Source: Squalus acanthias
Lineage: Eukaryota
DNA: 64,000 nt
Reading direction: 5' to 3'
Assembly (NCBI GenBank): GCA_030390025.1
Contig: JASTWF010000070.1
Span: 1,364,001 to 1,428,000, forward strand
In this document: one piece after another, positions 22,778 through 36,385 of the stretch
How the letters are laid out: each line of letters starts with the position of its first letter
How positions within the stretch are numbered: position 1 is the stretch's first letter
Program-made: the position numbers and the translations under genes
The notes under the pieces: model-generated
Seen by the model: only the letters and a program-made list of their open reading frames with translations
Databases searched by the model: none
Told to the model about the DNA's origin: nothing

Positions 22778-23131
22778 TCTTTATACTCAGGACGGTCCCC
22801 GGTCCGAAGATGTATCCCGAGTCCCACACAGCACAGTAATAGACGGCGGAGTCACCGGGCACCAGGGTTCCGATGGTCAGAATGTAACTGTTACCGGAGG
22901 CGTCTCTGGAAGGTTGAAAACGGTCTGTGAAGCCGGTGCCTCGGTATATATCACCATCCGTATCATGTCTTATCACCCACACCGGAGCTTCACCGGGTCG
23001 CTGTCGGTACCAGTACACATTCTTGCTGCTCACAGCCCCGTTCTCCATCGCACACTGTAACCGGGCGGTCTGACCCGCGGAGACAGGATCGGATATTGGG
23101 GACTGATTGAGGACGGGAGCCGCCAGGACAC
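22778..23131 (-). CDS. IgL: Ig light chain cluster B, germline-joined V-J exon (type I/NS5/sigma-cart-like)
   Basis: Open frame ...QCAMENGAVSSKNVYWYRQRPGEAP...YYCAVWDSGYIFGPGTVLSIK; canonical splice sites; no RSS between V and J. Confidence 0.95.
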
Positions 23132-23283
23132 CTTCAATAAAAGAAAAAAATCAACTCATTCAGAGACTTGGAGCAAATAGGAAGCTAATGCTTCAATAAA
23201 CACGGAGAGAAAACCGCCCGATTCTCGGTATTGAACCGATTTAGTTGCGGATAAACCCGTGACTAAAACCATCCGTCTCTCAC

Positions 23284-23332
23284 CTGTTAAATGGATCAAC
23301 AGAGCCCACAGGAGATGCATCGCTGGAGCCAT
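23284..23332 (-). CDS. IgL: Ig light chain cluster B, leader exon (MAPAMHLLWALLIHLT/G)
   Basis: Paralog of 8628-8676; intact ATG and GT donor. Confidence 0.92.
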
Positions 23333-23448
23333 TTCGTCCGGAGAAGCGCCAACAGCCGCCGCTCAAATTCCGACTGAACCGTGCGCTGTTCCTGTAAACT
23401 CCGGGACCCGGTCCGGTTACAGTGTCTGCAAACCCGAGACTCCGGGTC

Positions 23449-23471
23449 TATTTATTACCCGGTATGCAAAT
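23449..23471 (-). promoter_or_regulatory. IgL-B promoter: octamer (23464-23471) and TATA-like element (23449-23457)
   Basis: Same motifs and spacing as copy A. Confidence 0.85.
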
Positions 23472-23720
23472 GGATGGGAGGGGCCAGGGAAAGGAAGGAG
23501 GCAGATTTTTAATTCGGGATTTTTTAAAATATTTTTGTGCCTGATCAAATTATTAAAATCTTAAACCTTTACTTTATAAAAATGTGTAATCGCCAATTGG
23601 AGTTTCTGTTAAGGGAATGTTCCAAGATTTTGAAGATTTTTGCGTTTAATGAATATTTAGTCTGTGTTCTACCCCAGAAAAATGAGGGGCGGATTGTAGA
23701 GATACGGATCCGCTGATGCA

Positions 23721-24185
23721 GTTAGGGACATAGGGACAGGAGGAGGCCATTCAGCCCCTCGAGCCTTTTCCGCCATTCAAACAGATCACGGCTGATCTGT
23801 ACCTTAACTCATCGACCCGCCTTGGTTCGGGGACCCTTACCCAACCAACATCTATCAATCTCAGTTTTGACATTTTCAATTGACCCCCAGCCTCGACAGC
23901 GTTTTAGGGGAGAGAGTTTCAGATATTCACCACCCTTTGTGTGAAGAAGTGCTTCCTGACATCACACCTGAACGGTTTGGCTTTAATTTTAAGGTGATGC
24001 CCCCCTTGTTCTGGACTCCCCCCACCAGAGGAAATAGTTTCTCTCTCTATCTACCCTATCAACTCCTTCAATCATCTTAAACACCTCAATCAGATCACCC
24101 CTTAATCTTCTATACTCGACGGAATACAAGCCCAGTCTGTGCAACCTGTCCTCGTAATTTAACCCTTTTAGCCCCGGTATCACCA
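23721..24185 (-). mobile_element. CR1 3' fragment inserted upstream of the IgL-B promoter (absent in copy A)
   Basis: Splits GCTGATGCA|CTTCA, which is contiguous at about 9056-9069. Confidence 0.85.
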
Positions 24186-24344
24186 CTTCACCCGAATCAC
24201 ACTGTTACTCTCTGATATTTCGCTTGAAATTTTTAAATAACTTTTTTCCCTAAAGTGCATATTTCATAATACACCGATGTCCATTTCTCTAAATCGGCAG
24301 AAAGCCAACCCTGAATTGATCGATTCCTTAAAAATTTGCGATTC

Positions 24345-26625
24345 ATTTTTTTCATTTGTTCCTGGGATGTGTGCGTCGCTGGCAAGGTCAGCATTTATTG
24401 CCCATCCCTAATTACCCTTGAGAAGGTGATGGTGAGCCGCCTTCTTGAAACGCTGCAGTCCCGTGTGGTGAAGTTGCTCCCACAGCGCTGTTAGGGAGGG
24501 AGTTCCGGGATTTTGACCCAGCGACGATGAAGGAACAGCCCGATATATTTCCTATACATATTTCCAAGATATATGGGGAACGGTAGCATAGTGGTTATGT
24601 TACTTGACTAGTAATCCAGAGGCCTGGACTAACGATCCATGAGACATGAGTCCCACCAAATCCCACCACGGCAGCTGGGGAATTTAAATTCAATTAAATA
24701 AATTTTAAAAATCTGGAATAAAAAGCTAGCATCAGAAATGGTGGCTCAGGACAAACCCATCTGGTTCACTAATGTCCTTTAGGGAAGGAAATCTGCCGTC
24801 CTTACACGGTCTGGCCCATATGTGGTTGACTCTTAACTGCCCTCTGAAATGGCCTAGCAAGCCATTACAGCTGTTTTCAAGAAAGCAGCTCACCACCACC
24901 TTCTCCAAGACAATTAGGGATGGGCAACAAATGCTGGCCTTGCCAGTGACGTTCACATGAATAAAAAATAAGTCAGGATGGTGTGTGACTTGGAGGGAGT
25001 CTTCGAGGTGGTTGTGTTCCCATGCGCCTGCTGCCCTTGTCCTTCTAGGTGGTGGAGGTTGCGGGTTTGGGAGGTGCTGTCGAAGAAGCCTTGGCGAGTG
25101 GCTGCAGTGCATCATAAGAACAATAGAACATAAGAAATAGGAGCAGGAGTAGGCCATTTGGCCCCTCGAACCTGCTCTGCCATTCAATTAGATCATGGCT
25201 GATCTGGTCTTGGCCTCAACTCCACTTCCCCGCCCGCTCCCCATAACCCTTGACGCCCTTACCTTTCAAAAATCTGTCTATCTCCACCTTAAATATATTC
25301 AATGACCCAGCTCTCTGGGGAAGAGAATTCAAAAGATTCACGACCCTCTGAGATAAGAAATTCCACCTCATCTCCGATTTAAATGGGCGACCCCTTATTC
25401 TGAAACTCTGCCCCTAGTTCTAGATTCCCCCACGAAGGGAAACATCCTCTCAGCATCCACCCTGTCGAGCCCCCTCAGAATCATATATGTTTCAATAAGA
25501 TCACTTCTCATTCTTCTAAACTCCAATGAGTATAGGCCCAACCTGCTCAACCTTTCTTCATAAGACAACCCCCTTCATCTCAGGAATCAACCTAGTGAAC
25601 CTTCTCTGAACTGCCTCCAATGCAGGTATATCCTTCCTTAAATAAGGAGACCAAAACTGTATGCGGTACTCCAGGTGTGGTCTCACCAGCACCCTGTACA
25701 GTTGTACTTTTATACTCCATCCCCCTTGCAATAAAGGCCACCATTACATTTGTCTTCCTAATTACTTGCTGTACCTGCATGTTAACTTCTTGTATTTCAT
25801 GTACAAGGACACCCAGATCCCTCTGTACTGCAGCATTTTGTAATCTCTCTCCATCTAAATAATTATTTTATTTTTTATTTTTTCTACCAAAGTGGATAAC
25901 CTCACATTTTCCCACATTATACTCCATCTGCCAAATTTTTGCCCACTCACTTAGCCTATCTATAAATCTTTGCAGATTTTTGTGTCCTCTTCACAACTTG
26001 CTTTCCCGCCTATCTTTGTATCATCAGCAAATTTGGCTACATTACACTCGTTCCCTTCATCCAAGTCATTAATGTAGATTGTAAATAGTTGAGGCCCCAG
26101 CACTGATCTCTGTGACACCCCACTAGTTACAGTTTGCCAACCGGAAAATTGCCCATTTATCCCGACATTCTCTTTTCTGTTAGTTAGCCAATCCTCTATC
26201 CATGCTAATATATTACCCCCAACCCCATGAGCTCTTATCTTGTGCAGTAACCTTTTATGTGGCACCTTATCGAATGCCTTCTGGAAATCCAAATACACCA
26301 CATCCACTGGTTTCCCTTTATACACTCTGCTCGTTACATCCTCAAAGAACTCCAGCAAATTTGTCAAACATGATTTCCCTTTCATAAAACCACGCTGACT
26401 GCTTGAGAGATGATACACACTGCAGCCACGGTGCGCCGGTGGTGGAGGGAGTGAATGTTTAAGGTGGTGGATGGGGTGCCAGTCAAGCGGGCTGCTTTGT
26501 CCTGGATGGTGTCGAGCTTCTTGAGTGTTGCTGGAGCCGCACTCATCCAGGCAAGTGAGAGTATTCCATCACACTCCTGCCCTGTGCCTTGTAGATGGTG
26601 GAGAGGCTTTGGGTAGTCAGGAGGT
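24345..26625 (-). mobile_element. Second LINE family ('LINE-B', CR1/L2 group) 3' fragment with a nested SINE and a nested CR1 (about 25110-26400)
   Basis: Same 3' sequence as the LINE-B copies at 34.6-56.4 kb; nested CR1 RT ORF 25960..26418. Confidence 0.85.
24575..24968 (+). mobile_element. tRNA-headed SINE sharing its 3' tail with LINE-B (partial copy about 26890-27160)
   Basis: A-box-like GGTAGCATAGTGG head; tail ...CTCACCACCACCTTCTC...AATTAGGGATGGGCAA.AAATGCTGGCCTTGCCAG shared with LINE-B. Confidence 0.75.
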
Positions 26626-27474
26626 AATTGACCTCAGATGTGTTTCAGGCTTCAGTCTGTAAATACATTTCTGATGAGAATATTCCTGAGGCGGAGTAAA
26701 GAGCTAATGAGATGAGTGATAAAGAGGGGAAGAAAGCGGCATTTTACATCCAGCCCCGGATTAAAGAGAAGTTGTTCTATTATAGTCTGAGTCACTCCCT
26801 TTAAAACTCAGGAGGGCAAATAAAACTCGGAACGATATTAATAAAATGACACCTTGCCTTTAATTTGCTTCAGGTCGGATTAATGCGTGCTAAATACGCT
26901 AGTGTCAATAATGGTGACCATGAAACTACCGGATTGTCGTAAAAACCCATCTGGTTCACTAATGTCCTATAGGGAAAGAAATCTGCCGTCCTTACCCGGT
27001 CTGGCCGATATGTGACTCCAGACCCACAGCAACGGGGCTGACTCTTAACTGCCCTCTGAAATGGCGGCTCACCACCACCCTCGCAAAGGCAATTAGGGAT
27101 GGGCAATAAATGCTGGCCTTGCCAGCGCTGTCCATATCCCAGGAACGAATAAAATCAAAGTTCCCATGTTAGTTCCCTAGGCACAAAAGGCATCAAGGGG
27201 AGAGAGGGGGAATATGGTATTGAGATAGAGGATCAGCCATGATCATATTGAATGACGGAGCAGGCTCGAAGGGCCGCATGGCCTACACCTGCTCCTGTTT
27301 TTCTATGTTTCTTAAACCCTGTTGAATTATTAAGCGGCGGGCTCAGTTCCTTCTGGGGCTCTGTGATGTTGAACACTTCCCCTGTTTGGAGTCAATCCCT
27401 AACTCCCCACACTGAGTCCTGGTTCATGTTTTTAAAAGTCACGTTGAAACACTACTGTGTCAGCCAATGAAAAG

Positions 27475-27690
27475 AAAAGAAAGACTTGCATTTCTACAGC
27501 ACCTTTCATGACCTCAGGACATCCCAAAGCACTTTACAGCCAATTAAGTACTTTTTGAAGTGTAGTCACTATTGTAATGTAGGGAACGCGGCAGCCAATT
27601 TGCGCACAGCAAGCTCCAACGAACAGCAATGTGATAATTATCAGATCATCTGTTTTTGTTATGCTGATTGAGGGATAAATATTGGCCTAG
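27475..27690 (-). mobile_element. DeuSINE (SacSINE1-like) 3' half
   Basis: Reverse complement of 63590-63792. Confidence 0.8.
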
Positions 27691-30340
27691 ACTAGAGTCT
27701 ATAATTAAGGACTAGAATACAAGGGGGCAGAAGTTATGCTGCAGCTACCCAAAACCCCGGTTGGACCACACCTGGAGTACTGTGAGCAGTTCTGGGCATC
27801 ACACCTTCGGAAGGATATATTGGCCTTGGAGGGAGTGCAGCGTAGGTTTACCAGAATGATACTCAGACTCCAGGAGTTAAATTACGAGGAGAAATTACAC
27901 AAACTAGGGTTGTATTGCCTGGAATGTAGACGGTTACAGGCTGATTAGATCGAAGCATTCAAGATATTACGGGGAACTTAAGAAATAGGAGCAGGAGTCG
28001 GCCATTTGGCCCTTCGAGCCTGCTCCGCCAGTCAATCAGATCATGGCTGATGTTCGACCTCAACTCCACTTTCCCGCACTATCCTCATATCACTTGATAC
28101 CCTTAATATTCAAAAATCTATCGATCTCTGTCTTGAATATATTCAGCTACCACAGCCCTCTGCGGTAGAGAATTCCAAAGGTTCACCACCCTCTGAGTGA
28201 AGAAATTTTTCCTCATCTCAGTCCTAAATGGCCAACCCCTTATCCTGAGTGGATGCATTGGTTGTCATCTTTCAAAATTCTATAGATTATGGAACAGTTC
28301 CGGCAGATTGGAGGGTGGCAATTGTAACCCCACTATTTAAAAAAGGAGGGAGAGAGAAAAGCGGGAACTACAGACCAGTTAGCCTAACATCAGTACGAGG
28401 GCAAATGCTAGAGTCTATTATAAAGGATGTGATAGCAGGACACTTAGAAAATGTCAACGGGATTAGACAAAGTCAACATGGATTTATGAAAGGGAAATCC
28501 TGTTTGACAAAACTACCGGAGTTTTTTGAGGATGTAACTGGTAGAATAGATAAGGGAGAACCAGTGGATGTGGTGTATTTGGATTTTCAGAAGGCCTTTG
28601 ATAAAGTCCCACATAAGAGGTTAGTGTGCAAAATTAAAGCACATGGGATTGGAGGTAATATACTGGCATGGATTGAAAATTAGTGAACAGACAGGAAACA
28701 GAGAGCAGGATTAAATGGGTCTTTTTCGGGGTGGCAGGCGGTGACTGGTGGGGTACCGCAGGGATCAGTGCTTGGGCCCCAGCTATTCACAATATATATC
28801 AATGATTTGGATGAGGGAACCAAATGTAATATTTCCAAGTTTGCTGACGACACAAAACTAGGTGGGTTTGTGAGTTGTGAGGAGGATGCAAAGAGGCTTC
28901 AAGGCGATTTAGACAAGTTGAGTGAGCGGGCAAATACATGGCAAATGCAGTATAACGTGGATAAATGTGAAGTTATCCACTTAGGTAGGAAAAACAGAAA
29001 GGTAGAATATTATTTAAATGGTGATAGATTGGGAAATGCTGATGTACAAAGGAACCTGGGTGTCCTTGTACACCAGTCACTGAAAGCAAACATGCAGGTG
29101 CAGCAAGCAGTTAGGAAGGCAAATGGTATGTTGGCCTTCATTGCAACAGGATTTGAGTATAGGAGCAAGGATGTCTTACTACAGTTGTACAGGACCTTGG
29201 TGAGACCACACCTGGAGTACTGTGTGCAGTTTTGGTCTCCTTACTTCAGAAAGGATATACTTGCCATAGAGGAAGTGCAGCGAAGGTTCACCAGACTGAT
29301 CCCTGGGATGGCAGCACTGTCGTATGAGGAGAGATTGGGTCGACTAGGCCTGTATTCACTAGAGTTTAGAAGAATGAGAGGGGATCTCATTGAAACGTAT
29401 AAAATTCTGACAGGGCTAGACAGACTGGATTCAGGGAGGATGTTTCCCCTGGCTGGGGGGGTCTAGAACGAGGGGTTGCAGTCTCAGGATACGGGGTAGG
29501 ACATTTAGGACTGAGATGAGGAGAAATTTCTTCACTCAGAGGGTAGTGAACCTATGGAGTTCTCTACCACAGAAGGCTGTGGAGGCAAAGTCACTGAATA
29601 TATTTAAGAAGGAGATAGATAGACTTCTAGACACGAAAGGCATCAAGAGGTATGGCGAGAGAGTGGGAATATGGTATTGAGATAGAGGATCAGCCATGAT
29701 CATATTGAATGGTGGAGCAGTCTCGAAGGGCCGAATGGCCTACTCCTGCTCCTATTTTTCTATGTTTCTATGTTTCTGGACTATGCCCCCTCGTTCTCGA
29801 CTCTCCAGCCAGGGGAAACATCCTCCCTGCATCTGCATTGTCAATCCCCCTCAGAATTTTAGGCATTTCAATGAGATCACCTCTCATTCTTCTAAACTGT
29901 AGAGAATATAGACCTAGTCTACTCAATCTCTCCTCATAGGACAATCCAGCCCATCCCAGGAACCAGTCTGGTGAACCTTCGTTTCACTCCCTGTATGGCA
30001 AGTATATCCTTCCTTAGGTAAGGAGACCAAAACTCTACACCATACACCAGGTGTGGTCTCACCAGGGCCCTATATAATTGCAGCAAGACGGCTTTACTCT
30101 TATACTCAAATCCTCTTGTAATAAAGGCCAACATACCATTTGCTTTCCTAATTGCTTGCTGTACCTGCATGTTAACTTTCAGTGATTCGTGTACAAGGAC
30201 ACCCAGGTCCCTCTGAACACCAACATTTCCCAATCTTTCACAATTTAAAAAAAACTCTGCTTTTCTATTTTTCCGACCAAAGTGGATAGCTTCACTTTTC
30301 CCACATTATATTCCATTTGCCATGTTCTTGCCCACTCAAT
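27690..30340. mobile_element. Nest of CR1 fragments in both orientations (largest about 28249-29775 on +)
   Basis: ORFs 27736..27948, 28249..28683 and 28741..29466 (+); 29934..30233 (-). Confidence 0.9.
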
Positions 30341-32500
30341 TAGAAACATAGAAACATCGAACCATAGAAGATAGGAGCAGGAGTAGGCCATTCGGCCCCT
30401 CGAGCCTGCTCCACCATTCGATGAGATCATGGCTGATCATCCAAACTCAGTACCCTGTACCTGCCTTCTCCCCATATCCCTTGATACCTTTAGCTTTAAG
30501 AAATATATCTAACTCATTCTTGAATATATTTAATGACTTGGCCTCAACTACCTTCTGTGGTAGAGAATTCCACAGGTTCACCACTCTCTGGGTGAAGAAA
30601 TTCTTCCTCATTTCTGTCCTAAATGGCTTACCCCTTATCCTTAGATTATGACCCCTGGTTCTGGACTCTCCGACCATCAGGAACATTCTTCCTGCATCTA
30701 GTTTGTCCAGTCCAGTTAGAATTTTATATGTTTCGATGAGATCCCCTCTCATTCTTCTAAACTCCAGCGAGTATAAGCCCAATCGACCCAATCTCTCCTC
30801 ATATGTCATTCCTGCCATCCCAGGTATCAGCCTTGTGAATCTTCGCTGATCTCCTTCCATGGCAAGAACATCCTTCCTCAGATAAGGCGACCAAAACTGC
30901 ACACAGTACTCAAGGTGTGGTCTCACCAAGGCCCTGTACAACTGCAGCAGGACATCCCTGTTCCTATACTCAAACCCTTTCGCTATGAAGGCCAACATAC
31001 CATTTGCCTTCTTCACCGCCTGCTGCACTTGCATGCTTACCTTCAGCGACTGGTGCACAAGGACACCCAGGTCTCGTTGCACTTCCCCTTCTCCCAATCT
31101 ATTACCATTCAGATAATAGTCTGCCTTTCTGTTTTTGACACCAAAGTGGATAACCTCGCATTTATCCACGTTATATTGCATCTGCCACGCTTCTGCCCAC
31201 TCACTCAACCTGTCCAAATCATCCTGGAGTTTCTCGGTATCCTCCTCGCAGCACACACGCCCACCCAGCGTTGTATCATCTGCAAACTTGGAGATATTAC
31301 ATTTAGTTCCCTTATCTAGATCATTAATGTATATTGTGAATAGCTGGGGTCCAAGGACCGATCCCTGCGGTACCCCACTAGTCACTGCTTGCCACTCGGA
31401 AAAAGACCCATTAATTCCTACTCTCTGCTTTCTGTCTGCCAACCAGTTCTCTATCCAAGTCAATACCTTGCCCCCAATCCCATGTGCCTTAACTTTACAC
31501 GGTAATCTCTTATGCGGGACCTTATCAAAAGCCTTTTGAAAGTCCAAATACACCACATCTACTGGTTCTCCCTTATCTATTTTCCCAGTTACATCCTCAA
31601 AAAATTCCAGTAGATTAGTCAAGCACGATTTACCTTTTGTAAATCCATGTTGACTTTGTCCGATCCTGTCACTGTTTTTCAAGTGCTCAGCTATTACATC
31701 CTTTATAATCGACTCTAGCATTTTCCCCACTACCGATGTCAGGCTTACCGGTCTGTAATTCCCCGCTTTCTCTCTACCACCCTTTTTGAATAGTGGGGTA
31801 ACATTAGCTACCCTCCAATCCATGGGTACAGTTCCAGATTCCATCGAATGTTGGAAGATGATCAGCAATGCATCTACTATTTCTAGGGCCACTTCCTTAA
31901 GTACCCTAGGATGTAGATAATCAGGCCCTGGGGATTTATCGGCCTTCAATCCCGTCAATTTCCCTAACACCTTTTCCCTGCAAATACTGATTTCTTTCAG
32001 TTCCTCCCTTTCATCAGACCCTATGTTCTCCAACATCTCTGGGAGGTTATTTGTGTCCTCTTTGTGAAGACAGAACCAAAATATGCATTTAATTGGGCTG
32101 CCATTTCTTTGTTCCCCGTTATAACTTCCCCCGCTTCTGACTGCAAGGGACCTACAATTGATTTCACTAATCTTTTTCTCTTCACGTATCTATAAAAGCT
32201 CTTACAGTCAGTTTTTATGTTCCTTGAAAGCTTACTTTCATATTCTATTTTCCCCTTCTTAATTAATCCCTTTGTCCTCCTTTGTTGAATCCTAAACTGC
32301 TCCCAATCCTCAGGGTTACCGCTTTTTCTGGCCAATTTATATGCCCTGTCCTTGGATCTTATGCTATCCCTAACTTCCCTTGTTAGCCACGGTTGAGTCA
32401 CCCTTTTTGTTTTATTCTTATGCCACACTGGGATGAACAAATTCTGTAGTTCATCCATGCAGTCTTTGAATGTTTGCCATTCCCTATCCACCGTCAACCC
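30341..32500 (-). mobile_element. Young CR1 LINE, 5'-truncated, with an uninterrupted 529-aa RT/C-terminal ORF
   Basis: ORF 30447..32036 with QHGF, DFQKAFD, GVPQGSVLGP and KFADDT; frameshift near 32050; no endonuclease domain. Confidence 0.95.
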
Positions 32501-32506
32501 TTTGAG

Positions 32507-34100
32507 TTATAGCATGTCTATATCCCCTTGAAGCCACCTTGCATCTTCCTCACAACTTACATTCCCACCCAGTTTTGTATCATCAACAAACTTGGATATA
32601 TTACATTTGGTCCCCTCATCCAAATCATTGATGTAGATTGTGAATAGCTGAGGCCCAAGCACTGATCCTTGCAGTAACCCATTAGTTATTGCCTGCCAAC
32701 CCGAAAATGACCCGTTTATTCCTACTCTCTGTTTTCTGTCCGTTAAACAATCCTCAATCCATGCTTGTATATTACCCCCAATCCCATGAGCCCTAATTTT
32801 GTTTAATAACCTCTTGTGTGGCACCTTATCGAATGCCTTCTGAAAATCCAAATACACCACATCCACTAGTTCCCCCTTATCTATTCTGTTAGTTACAACC
32901 TCAAAAATCTCTAACAGATTTGTCAAACACGATTTCATAAATCCGTGTTGACTCTGCCCAATCCTATTATTATTTTCTAAGTGCCCATACCACGTCTTTA
33001 ATAATAAATTCTAGCATTTTCCCGACTACTGACGTCAGGCTAACTGGTCTGTAGTTCCCCGTTTTCTCTCTCCCTCCTTTCTTAAATAGTTGGGTTACAT
33101 TTGCTACCTTCCAATCCACGGGAACCGTTCTAGAATCTATGGAATTTTGGAAAATGACAACCAATGCATCCACTATCTCTGTAGCCAACTCTTTCAAAAC
33201 CCTAGGATGTAGGTCACCAGGTCCAGGGGATTCATCGGCTTTCAGTCCCATTAATTTCTCCAGTACTACTTTTTTACTAATACTAATTTCTTTCAGTTCC
33301 TCATTCTCGCTAGAGCCTTCATTATTTCTGGAAACTTATTTGCGCCTTCTTCCATGAAGACAGACACAAAGTATTTGTTTAATTTTTCTGCCATTTCCTT
33401 ATTCCCCATTATAATTTCTCCTGTCTCAGCCTGTAAGGGACCCACATTTATTTTCACCAATCTTTGCCTTGTTACATACCTAAAGAAGCTTGTACAGTCT
33501 GTTTTTATGTCTCTCACTAATTTACTCTCATATTCTATTTCCCTTTTCTTTATCAATTTCTTGGTCCTCCTTTTGCTGAATTCTAAAATCCTCCCAATCC
33601 TCAGGCTTACTACTCTTTTTGGCAACATTATTAGCCTCTTCCTTTGGTCTAATACTACCTTTAACTTCTCTTCTTAGCCACGGTTGGACCATTTTTCCTG
33701 TGGGGTTTTTGTGCCTTAAAGGAATGTATATTTGTTGTAAATGATGTATTAATTCTTTAAATGCTAGCCATTGCTCATCCACTGTCATACCTTTTAATGT
33801 CGTTTCCCAATCTATCTTTGCCAACTCGCCACTCATACCTATGTAGTTTGCTTTGTTTAGATGTAAGACCCTAGTTTCGGATTTAACTAAGTCACTTTCA
33901 AACTCAATATAAAATTCTATCATATTATGGTCACTCTTCCCTAAAGGCTCCTTTACTGCAAGGTTATTAATTAACCCTTTCTCATTTCACAATACTAGAT
34001 CTAAAATAACAAGTTGTTTCCTCAAAATACTGATCGAGAAAACTATCTTGCATACATTCCATGAATTCGTCCTCCACACTATTACAGCAAATTTGGTTTG
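32507..34100 (-). mobile_element. CR1 ORF2 fragment (end of endonuclease region to RT), frameshifted
   Basis: ORFs 33528..33923, 33293..33628, 32970..33251 and 32507..32938. Confidence 0.9.
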
Positions 34101-35479
34101 CCCAGTCTATATGTAGAGACTGGAGAAGCTGGGGTTATCCTCCTTAGAGCAGAGAAGGTTAGAGCAGATTTGATAGAGGCGTTCAAAATCATAAGGAGTC
34201 TGGACAGAGTAGATAGAGATAAACTGTTCCCATTGGCGGAAGGGTCGGCAACCAGAGGACACAGATTTAATGTGATTGGCAGAAGAACCAAAGGCGACAG
34301 GAAGAATATTTTTTTACGCAGCGAGTGGTTAGGATTTGCAATGCACTGCCTGTAAGGCTGGTGGAGGCAGATTCAATCGTGGCTTTCAAAAGGGAATTGG
34401 ATAGGTACCTGAAGGAAAAATAATTGCAGGGCTAAGGCGAAAGGGCGGCCGAGTGGGACTACCTGAGTGCTCTTGCGGAGTGCTGGCACGGGCTCAATGG
34501 GCCGAATGGCGTCCTTCTGTGTTGTAACCATTCTACGATTCCATTCCATAACAAACTGATGGAGAGGGAGCGGATGTTACAGCGCCACCTGCTGGAGAGG
34601 GAGCATATGCTCAGCTTGGGTATCTCCAGGACCACTCGGCTGCAGACATCATTACAGCCTTGTTCCAAACATGGACAAAAGAGTTGAATTCCAGAGGTGA
34701 GGGAGAGTGGCTGCCCTTGACATCAAGGCAGCATTTGGCCAAGTGTGGCATCAAGGAACCCTAGTAAAATTGAAGTCAACGGGAATCAGGGGTAAAACTC
34801 TCCACTGGCTGGAGTCATACCTTGCACAAAGAAAGATATTTGTGGTTGTCGGAGGCCAATCATCTCAGCCCCAGGACATCGCTGCAGGAGTTCCTTAGGG
34901 CAGCATCCTACCCCAAACCATCTTCAGCTGCTTCATCAATGACCTCCCCTCCATAATAAGGTCAGAAGTGAGGATGTTCGCTGATGATTGCACAGTGTTC
35001 AGTTCCATTCGCAACTCCTCCGATAATGAAGCAGTCCATGCCCGCATGCAGCAAGACCTGGACGACATTCAAGCTTGGACTGATAAGTGGCAGGTAACAT
35101 TTGCGTAACTCAAATGCCAAGCAATGACTATAATAAACAAGAGAGAGTCTACCCACCTCCCCTTGACATTCAACGGCATTGCCATCACCGAATCCCCCAC
35201 CATCAACAACCTGGGGGACACCATTGACCTGAAACTTAACTGGACCAGCCACAGAAATACTGTGACAGCAAGAGCAAGTCAGAGGCTGGGTATTCTGTGG
35301 CGAGAGCCTCACCTCCTGACTCCCCAAAAACTTTCCATCATCTACAAGGCACAAGTAAGGAGTGTGATGGAATAATCTCCACTTGCCTGGATGAGTGCAG
35401 CTCCAACAAGACTCAAGAAGCTCGACACCATCCAGGACAAAGCAGCCCGCTGGATTGGCACCCCATCCACCACCTTAAA

Positions 35480-36385
35480 TGATGATACAAAGCTAGGTGG
35501 GGCAGTAAGCTGTGAGGAGAAAACAAAGAGTCTGCAAAGGGATATAGGTAGACTAAGTGAGTGGGCAGTAGGGTGGTAGATGGAGTATAATGTAGGGAAA
35601 TGTGAAGTTATTCACATTGGTAGGAAGAATAGAATAACAGAATATTTTTAAATGGTGAGAAACTTTCAAATGTTGGTGTTCAGAGAGATTTGGGTGTCCT
35701 CGTGCAAGAAACACAGAAAGCTAGCATGCAGGTACAGCAAGCAATAAGGAAGGCAAATGGCATGTTGGCCTTTATTGCAAGGGGGTTGGAGTATAAGAGT
35801 AAGGAAGTCTTGCTACAATTGTACAGGGCCTTGGTGAGACCACACCTGGAGTATTGTGCACAGTTTTGGTCTCCTCATCTAAGGAAGGATATACTTGTCT
35901 TGGAGGTGGTGCAACGAAGGTTCACTAGATTGATTCCTGGGATGAGAGGGCTATCCTATGATGAGAGATTGAATAGATTGGGCCTATACTCTCTGGAGTT
36001 TAGAAGAATGAGAGGTGATCTTATTGAAACATACAAGATTCTGAAGGGGATTGACAGGGTAGATACTGAGAGGTTGTTTCCCCCTGGCTGGAGAGTCTAG
36101 AACTAGGGGGCACAGTCTCAGGATAAGGGGTAGGCCATTTAAGACTGAGATGAGGAAGAATTTCTTCACTCGGAGAGTTGTGAATCTTTGGAATTCTCTG
36201 CCCCAGAGGGCTGTGCATGCTGAGATAGATAGATTTTTGGACTCTATGGGAATCAAGGGACATGGGGATCAGGCGGGAAAGTGGAGTTGAGGTCGATGAT
36301 CAGCCATGATCTTATTGAATGGCGGAGTAGGCTCGAGGGGCCGTATAGCCTAGTCCTGCTCTTATTTCTTATGTTCTTATGTTCT
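35480..36385 (+). mobile_element. CR1 3' fragment nested in LINE-B of macro-unit 1
   Basis: Splits ACCACCTTAAA|CATTCACTCC; ORF 35690..36100. Confidence 0.9.

Larger units (their letters stand above)
14125..27465. repeat. Segmental duplication, copy B, expanded by extra TE sequence (about 22010-22535, 23721-24185, 24345-26625, 26890-27310)
   Basis: Direct visual alignment to 1-9660; shared sequence resumes after each extra block. Confidence 0.93.

Noticed and set aside
30447-32036. 529-aa RT ORF as an active autonomous LINE or domesticated gene
   Set aside because: 5'-truncated, frameshifted upstream and lacking endonuclease/ORF1; an ordinary young CR1 copy.
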